Shown here piece after piece: positions 26,270 through 32,000 of a stretch of DNA of 32,000 nucleotides (position 1 is its first letter; the number at the start of each line of letters is the position of its first letter). The DNA lies in NCBI GenBank assembly GCA_038889235.1, contig JAWAHN010000001.1, forward strand, positions 240,001-272,000. Direction: 5' to 3'. The position numbers and the translations under genes were made by a program. The notes under the pieces were generated by a model that worked only from the letters and a program-made list of their open reading frames with translations, had not been told where the DNA came from and did no database searches. Source of the stretch: Candidatus Jordarchaeales archaeon. Lineage in GTDB: Archaea > Asgardarchaeota > Jordiarchaeia > Jordiarchaeales > Freyrarchaeaceae.

Positions 26270-27142
26270 GTGCTTTTGGTGGTTGAGGACACGCTAGGTA
26301 AGATATTGGATGTTCAGAGAGGGGAGATTACGGAGCATTTGATTTACAAGAGACTTGCCGAGCGGGCGAAGGGGGTTAATAGAGAGGTTTTGAAGCGCAT
26401 TTCTGAGGACGAGCTTAAGCATTACGAGTTCTGGAAAAGCTACACTTCTAGAAGCGTGAAGCCGGACATGTTGAAAGTTTTCTTCTACCTCTTAGTAGCG
26501 AGGCTTTTCGGGTTGACGTTTGCTGTGAAGCTCATGGAGAGAGGGGAGGGCAGAGCTGAGGAGAGGTACAAGGAGATGATGGGTCGTATTGTGGGGGTAG
26601 AGGGGCTTGTGAAGGAGGAAGGGGAGCATGAAAGCGCGCTTATAAGGCTGATTGACGAGGAAAGGCTTAAGTATGTTAGCTCGATGGTTTTAGGCTTGAA
26701 CGATGCGCTCGTCGAGCTCACCGGGGCCCTCGCGGGATTCACTTTTGCCCTTCAAGATGCGCATACGGTCGCGATGGCGGGCTTAATTACGGGCATTGCT
26801 GCAGCACTATCGATGGCAGCGTCGGAGTATCTTTCAACCAAGTCTGAGGGAGGTGGGAGAAGTCCGCTTAAAGCTGCCAGCTACACGGGTGCCACGTACA
26901 TCGTCACGGTTTTCCTGCTGGTTTTCCCGTTCATCGTTATAACAAACGTCTACTTGTGCCTGTGCGTGACTATAATGAACGCTGTAGCCGCCATATTCGT
27001 CTTCACGTTTTACATATCGGTTGCAAAAGACTTACCTTTCAAGAAGAGGTTTCTCGAAATGCTATTGGTAGGGCTCGGAGTAGCCGTCCTAAGCTTTGCC
27101 CTAGGCTTCCTAGTGAGAACGCTTTTCGGCGTGGAAACGTAA
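26270..27142 (+). CDS. VIT1/CCC1 metal transporter with an N-terminal rubrerythrin/ferritin-like domain
   Basis: E..E...Y..LA, DELKH and EEGEH (ferritin-like); VLGLNDALVELTG and ALSMAASEYLS (VIT1). Confidence 0.9.
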   Translation: MLLVVEDTLGKILDVQRGEITEHLIYKRLAERAKGVNREVLKRISEDELKHYEFWKSYTSRSVKPDMLKVFFYLLVARLFGLTFAVKLMERGEGRAEERYKEMMGRIVGVEGLVKEEGEHESALIRLIDEERLKYVSSMVLGLNDALVELTGALAGFTFALQDAHTVAMAGLITGIAAALSMAASEYLSTKSEGGGRSPLKAASYTGATYIVTVFLLVFPFIVITNVYLCLCVTIMNAVAAIFVFTFYISVAKDLPFKKRFLEMLLVGLGVAVLSFALGFLVRTLFGVET

Positions 27143-27166
27143 TTAGAGACGACCACTAAGTGATTT

Positions 27167-27973
27167 CTAGTGAGACATTGCCCTACGCTTCACCTCCTCC
27201 TTGAGGAGCTCTATGGCCCTCTTGGCCTTCGCCTCTGCTTCTTCCCTGCTACCCCCTCTCGTCGAGGCGATAACCTTCATTTGCACCTTGCTCCCGAACC
27301 CAGAGGGGTAGGTTTTTATCGACACGTCTGGAAGTTTTCTCATGACTTCTTGCAAAGCGTGGGCGACCAGCGATTCATCTCCCTCATCGATAAAGTCTTC
27401 AACACTCCAGTACACGGTTTTAGGCTTCTCGAGAAGCGGGATGACTTTTTCAAGAAGGTACATCATTTCTGAGGGGACTCCTGGAAGGGCTATGATAAAC
27501 TTGCCCTCTTCCTCAACCACCACTCCGGGTGCCACGCCTACCTCGTTGAAGATGGGCCTCCCTCCCTCTGGTAGGAGGGCCATCTTGGCTCTCTCGCCGC
27601 TTGCTCCGGGTTTCTTCACGTGTCCAAGTTCGTGGAGTTCGGCGTAGCGTTTTTCAATCATTTTAAGCGCCTCTTCGCTCAGGGTGAGTTTTCGGTTTAA
27701 CGCCTCTGCTACGGCTTCAAGTGTAAGGTCTCCGGGTGTGGGGCCTAGTCCACCGGTCGTAACGACCACATCTGCTTTGGACAGTGCTCGCCTCACGGCC
27801 TCAATTATCTCGTTTTTGTCGTCTGGAACTATGGATGCGCCCACCATAGTGAACCCTATGCCGGAGAGGCGCTTAGCTATCCAGTGAGTGTTGTAGTCTA
27901 GAGTGCGGCCGGAGAGTAGCTCATCGCCTACAGCGACAATGTAAACTCTCAAAAACACACCACCGTTTTTCAA
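27167..27973 (-). CDS. CinA N-terminal-like / molybdopterin-binding domain protein
   Basis: VGDELLSG..LDYN, VVTTGGLGPTPGDLT, LPGVPSEM. Confidence 0.88.
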   Translation of the reverse strand: MKNGGVFLRVYIVAVGDELLSGRTLDYNTHWIAKRLSGIGFTMVGASIVPDDKNEIIEAVRRALSKADVVVTTGGLGPTPGDLTLEAVAEALNRKLTLSEEALKMIEKRYAELHELGHVKKPGASGERAKMALLPEGGRPIFNEVGVAPGVVVEEEGKFIIALPGVPSEMMYLLEKVIPLLEKPKTVYWSVEDFIDEGDESLVAHALQEVMRKLPDVSIKTYPSGFGSKVQMKVIASTRGGSREEAEAKAKRAIELLKEEVKRRAMSH

Positions 27974-27986
27974 ACAGAAAAAGGGA

Positions 27987-29291
27987 TTATTTCTTCTTGT
28001 CGACCAAGTTTACGAACTCGAGCAGGACCTCTAGCGCTTCTCTCATTTTTCCTGCATCCACGTTTTCGGGCGTGTCTTTTGGTGTGTGCCAGAGCGACTC
28101 AGCTTCCTTTCCTATCCTGAGGAGGGCGCTTGCTAAAAGCCCTCTACGTGAAAAGTTCGCAGAGTCTGTGCCTCCGAAGGGTATGGCACCTACTTTGACT
28201 GGTATTCCTGCTGCTTTACCTGCTTCGGCTAGCAGCGTGTAGACTTCGGGAGAGTGCTTCGTGAGGTACATCGGTTCGGCTGTGGAGGCGACGAGCGGAC
28301 TACCGCACCCCACCATTTCCACGTTCACCGTGTACGCCCTTCTCTCAGCCAGCTCCTTGTAGTGCTTCTCGACGAACCTCTTCGACCCTCTCATGCTCTC
28401 CTCGTTCCCGAAGGCGACAATCCAAACCTCAGTTCTCTCAGGCCTGTTTTGGGATAGGTATTTTGCCGCGCCTATTATCGTTGCAACCCCTGCCAGGTCG
28501 TCGTTTGCCCCAATGACTATTCTTCTAGTATTGACGAAGAAGTAGGAGGCTAGGAAAACGAAAACGGCTCCGATCAGCCATAGGAAAAGCTGAGTGTCCA
28601 GTCTACCGAGCATTACTTTGAGCAGGGATAAAAAGTAGTATAGTGCGAAGTTTAGCGTGGGGATTGTAATCGGCCAGAACGTCAGGTGACCCATTAATAG
28701 GATGCGTGCGAATTTCAGCGCTGATGCCACCATGAGGTTTGTTAATGCCATAAATGCTATAGCCAATATGACATATGAGAAGCGTCCGACCTTGCTTGAA
28801 AGTGTGAATTCGTATGCTGAGTCGACGTGAGCGCCCAGTATCACGAGGCGCTCGGCGCTACCTTTGGGTTTCAACTTGCCAATGACGTTCAGAGAACGCT
28901 TCTTGGGGAAGACGGGGTCTACGAACTCAGCCAAGTACATTAACTGGAGGAAAAGAACGATGAACGCGAACGCTATTATTGCAGCTCCTATTATAGACAG
29001 GGGCCAGAGGGATGCAGGGTTCACGCCGAAAAACCACGCCCAGTCGGTCCAGTAGAGGAGTAAGGCGACGGCGTAGAACCATATAAACCACCTAAAGTAG
29101 CCCAGGAAACCTTTAGGATGGCACTCGTATTCCTCGAGTTCTACAGAGTCGCAGTACTTCTCTAAGATTTCGCCTGTCTTTTTTAGAGCCTCGACCTCGG
29201 CTTGGGAGCAGGATTCACGTGGACCAAACTCTTCGCAGATGCTTTTAACGTAGTCCAGCATCAGCTTCTCGTAACTCTCATCCGTCCTCAA
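27987..29291 (-). CDS. M28 family zinc peptidase with inserted transmembrane segments
   Basis: GAHVDS, GANDDLAG, NEES..GS, NVEMVG, GGTDS, WHT..DT. The start is likely TTG at 29291 after GGGGGTGA; the track ORF extension to 29609 looks non-coding. Confidence 0.88.
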   Translation of the reverse strand: MRTDESYEKLMLDYVKSICEEFGPRESCSQAEVEALKKTGEILEKYCDSVELEEYECHPKGFLGYFRWFIWFYAVALLLYWTDWAWFFGVNPASLWPLSIIGAAIIAFAFIVLFLQLMYLAEFVDPVFPKKRSLNVIGKLKPKGSAERLVILGAHVDSAYEFTLSSKVGRFSYVILAIAFMALTNLMVASALKFARILLMGHLTFWPITIPTLNFALYYFLSLLKVMLGRLDTQLFLWLIGAVFVFLASYFFVNTRRIVIGANDDLAGVATIIGAAKYLSQNRPERTEVWIVAFGNEESMRGSKRFVEKHYKELAERRAYTVNVEMVGCGSPLVASTAEPMYLTKHSPEVYTLLAEAGKAAGIPVKVGAIPFGGTDSANFSRRGLLASALLRIGKEAESLWHTPKDTPENVDAGKMREALEVLLEFVNLVDKKK

Positions 29292-29934
29292 CCCTTCACC
29301 CCCTAAGTCGAATTGAGGGAGTGTGTGGTTCTTTAAACTTATAGTCTTTACGCAGCGAATAGAAGAACGCGGGTGGAAAGCACGGGGAATTGTGGCGGTT
29401 AAACCGAGGGTGAAGTCCTTCATTCCCTTTAACGCAGAAAACTGCTGGATTTTGCCACTTTTTAGCTTATTGGAGCACGTTTCAACGAGTAGTATTGACT
29501 TGAGGGGTGCCGTCTTCGACTGGCTTTTTAAAGTACCCTGGTTTATCTTGCGGGTGTGTGTTCCAGTAGGAGAAGATGTATCTGGTTGAAACAACCAGTT
29601 TTTGAGCACTTCGTGTTCAGAAGAGGTGGAGGTAGCTCAGTGGAATGTTGGCGGGCGGTTTTTGACGGCGCATCGAGGAAAGTTTGACAGTGATAGAGTG
29701 CTGTGGCGGCGTGGAGAAATACGCCGGTTTTGACAGCTATTCCCAGAAGTTCCTCTTTTCTAAGTTAATATTACTCAAGCCGTGTTCGTGTGAAATGACT
29801 ACTTAGTAGAGAGTGACTGGCGGTGATGTGTAGAGTGCGATCCTTAGTGGTTGGTGTTCATGTTTGGTGGTAGTCTAGATGTTTTTCGAGAAATTTATTA
29901 GAGACTTACTTGGTTTACTTTTCTGGTGTTGGGG

Positions 29935-30228
29935 ATGGTTGTCCTTGAAGTATCAGAGGAGAGTTACCGTAGGCTTAAGGCTCTCAAGAAGATAGTTGAC
30001 GCTGTTCTGGGAGACACTTTCAAGGACGAGTCAGAGTATGCCGAGTTTGTGCTGCTTGCAGGCATAGAGAAGATGTTGGTTGACCCCCTTCCCGACGATG
30101 AACTGTTAAGGAAAACTATCGTTGCAATGTTCAGGGAAAACCCGGAGTTCATTGCTGAGTTTATAGCAAGAACTATAAAGAGTGGGAGCGCTGCGAGGGA
30201 GGAGAAAAGGGAAAGTTACACTACGTGA
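29935..30228 (+). CDS. Hypothetical protein (N-terminus resembles a ribbon-helix DNA-binding or antitoxin segment)
   Basis: MVVLEVSEESYRRLKALKK...; host-like codon usage. The fold assignment is inference only. Confidence 0.7.
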   Translation: MVVLEVSEESYRRLKALKKIVDAVLGDTFKDESEYAEFVLLAGIEKMLVDPLPDDELLRKTIVAMFRENPEFIAEFIARTIKSGSAAREEKRESYTT

Positions 30229-30405
30229 CCTAAGCCTTGAATAGTAGCTTTCGTCGCTACACGGCTTCCCCGACGGTTACGAGGGGGTCTTGAACAGGGG
30301 TTGCACTGCTTCGCGTGCGCGCTCGGCCATGTTGTTTCTGATCAGGCAGCTGACCGACGCACCGATAGGTGGCTTTTCACGGGTTGGTGTGGGCGAAGTT
30401 TAGGT

Positions 30406-31632
30406 TCACTTGTTGGGTTCCGTCAGCTTCATTCTTTTTAGCTCCTCTACGGCTTTGTATATCTTGAAGTTGGCGTCCTTGGCCAGTCCTAGTGCCTGGT
30501 TAATTGAGCGCGTTGCGTGATCTATTAGCTCGCGCTCATTTCTGCAAAAGTCCCTTATAAAGGGGGCATTGAAGAAGACTGAGAAAAACGAAACCTTTTC
30601 CAGCATAAGTTTGAAATGCGGTAGTTCCCTTGCGGAGTCTTCAAGGTTTGCCCGCGCGATTATGAAGCCTACTCTGAGCTCTTCCAGGCTTATTTTTTCT
30701 GGCATTTTCAGAGGCGGTTTCCCGCCTCGCGACAGCCCATATAGAGCTCGGTTTAGGAGTTTAGATGCCTCATCGTACCCGTACAGTGCTCTTAGCATGT
30801 GGAAAAGCGTGTTCACCCAGTAGTTGTAAACCGTGGAGCAGGCTTTAAGCCCCCTTAGGACGACGGGGGCTGCTGCTTTCGCGGACTGCACCAATTCGGA
30901 GAGGTTCTCGAGTGGGTGGGATGCAGGGTCGAAGCCAGCGGCGAAAGTTGACGCTATCCTTTTCAGCCCGTCTAAGAGAAGTTTTGGGCCAGACATCAAG
31001 TTCAAAACTTCTTTCACAAATGACTCCTCACAGTCAGCTTTAAGCGCCCTATTATACGCGTCTATCACAGCACTCCCTTCCCCAATCCACCTACTAATCT
31101 CCCCTTCAGCTAAACCCCTCAGCCTTTCAGCCGTATCCCTGTCGAGTGGAGTCACCATGTTCGAAAGCCTAAGCATGCGCCCCCAAACCACGTGCACTTG
31201 TTCGTCAAACTTGGGAAATCCTTCTTCGAAAAGCTTTTTTAGAAAAAGCTTGGCAGAGTTGAAAGTGACGGCTAGGTGGGGGGAACAACTACCTAGTGAC
31301 GGTGAGAAGTTCAGGATAGACAGTAGCTGCGATATGAAGACACGCGTCTCGTAAACAACTTGAAGATAGTCCCTTACGAAGAGAAAAGCCTCATAAACTG
31401 CGTTGTGCCAGAGTTCTAGGCAAGCAGTAAATTCGTTAAAACTCGCGCACCTATACTTCGAGGAGACGGCTTCTATAAAATCAACTACCACTGCGAAAAA
31501 ATCCCTCACAATGCCTCTCAAATGCTCTAAGAGCTCAACGAGTCCCCCACTGGACAGGAGATGGCCCCCCAAAAATCCTTTACAGAAAATAACATGGAAG
31601 CAGATATAAATTGTGGGGATTAAGTAGCGCAT
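30406..31632 (-). CDS. Hypothetical helical protein (true start probably near 31572 or just downstream)
   Basis: ORF of about 390-400 codons with amphipathic helices; no family recognised. Confidence 0.75.
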   Translation of the reverse strand: MRYLIPTIYICFHVIFCKGFLGGHLLSSGGLVELLEHLRGIVRDFFAVVVDFIEAVSSKYRCASFNEFTACLELWHNAVYEAFLFVRDYLQVVYETRVFISQLLSILNFSPSLGSCSPHLAVTFNSAKLFLKKLFEEGFPKFDEQVHVVWGRMLRLSNMVTPLDRDTAERLRGLAEGEISRWIGEGSAVIDAYNRALKADCEESFVKEVLNLMSGPKLLLDGLKRIASTFAAGFDPASHPLENLSELVQSAKAAAPVVLRGLKACSTVYNYWVNTLFHMLRALYGYDEASKLLNRALYGLSRGGKPPLKMPEKISLEELRVGFIIARANLEDSARELPHFKLMLEKVSFFSVFFNAPFIRDFCRNERELIDHATRSINQALGLAKDANFKIYKAVEELKRMKLTEPNK

Positions 31633-31650
31633 GAAAAAGGAAAAACGCGG

Positions 31651-32000
31651 TTAAGGTTCAGAGTTGGATGGTTGCTGCTGTTCTTCTCCTTCTTCCTCTC
31701 TTTCTTCCTTTTCCTTTCTTTCCTCTTCTTTTCTCGTTTCTTCTTTTTCGAGCTCGCTTAGTATTATGGTGCTTATGTCTGGTGGCACGCCTACGGAGGC
31801 GAGCAAGCGCTCCCTTTCTGCCGGCGGGTTAGCCTTCAGCTCCTTTAGGAGGGTGACCGCGACGTCCTCGCTCAGCCCTATCTCCGTTAGTAGTGGAAGA
31901 AGCTTGTCAAAAACTTCGGCTGGCACGTAGGCTTCAATTCTTGGCTCGACACCTACTATGGCAAGCTCCTCCATGAGGAGAGACTTTATCAGATCTATTC
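31651..32000 (-). CDS. 3' end of a gene entering from beyond the window; E/K/R-rich tail
   Basis: The frame is open to the window edge (IDLIKSLLMEELAIVGVEPRIEAY...). Confidence 0.7.
   Translation of the reverse strand, partial: IDLIKSLLMEELAIVGVEPRIEAYVPAEVFDKLLPLLTEIGLSEDVAVTLLKELKANPPAERERLLASVGVPPDISTIILSELEKEETRKEEERKEKEEREEEGEEQQQPSNSEP

Noticed and set aside
29292-29609. 106-aa N-terminal extension of the M28 peptidase
   Set aside because: The composition is unlike the host's, and a good RBS plus TTG sits at 29291.
29675-29683. RNase P RNA-like GAGGAAAG
   Set aside because: It continues TTT rather than TCC, and no complementary 3' P4 element was found.
30338-30346. TPP riboswitch-like CCTGATCAG on the minus strand
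   Set aside because: The other conserved elements (CUGAGA, the UAAU loop and GCGUAGGGA) are absent, and it lies downstream of a gene.
1154-31930. Numerous antisense and overlapping ORFs in the track (e.g. 1397..1801, 13651..14061, 14135..14581, 14725..15201, 17981..18454, 18712..19221, 30833..31354)
   Set aside because: They are shadows of well-supported genes on the other strand or frame, with Ser/Leu-rich atypical composition and no motifs.
1-32000. tRNA, rRNA genes or CRISPR arrays
   Set aside because: No T-loop/cloverleaf signature, rRNA motif or regularly spaced repeat was seen by eye; tRNAscan-SE and a CRISPR finder would be needed to exclude them formally.

Overview
This is a gene-dense archaeal window. 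GGAGG/GAGGTG ribosome-binding sites, TTG/GTG starts, TATA-like boxes, oligo-T terminators and E/K-rich proteins suggest a thermophile; the taxon cannot be fixed from sequence alone, and Asgard or TACK is only a guess. It opens with an IS607-type element: tnpA carries two frameshifts, tnpB is full length with an RuvC-III D->Q change, and an omegaRNA-like 3' structure follows. The rest is housekeeping and metabolic genes: CBS protein, cbiM/Q/O metal transporter, glycosylated surface protein, flavodoxin, MJ1316 protein, GH57, two SDRs, nadE, ferredoxin, CMD-like protein, DUF364, a degenerate archaeal PEP carboxylase, a TPR-NUDIX-mobA-hypD run, MEMO1, an acyl-CoA ligase alpha subunit, a PLP decarboxylase, a ferritin-VIT1 transporter, CinA-like protein, M28 peptidase and several hypotheticals. 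The standout is hypD. It is broken by a 17-nt insertion (19820-19836) inside the invariant CGTH motif, and this insertion folds into a canonical bulge-helix-bulge. Cutting at the standard archaeal splicing-endonuclease positions restores the frame and the motif exactly, so it is a candidate tRNA-type intron in a protein-coding mRNA. No tRNA, rRNA or CRISPR array was seen.
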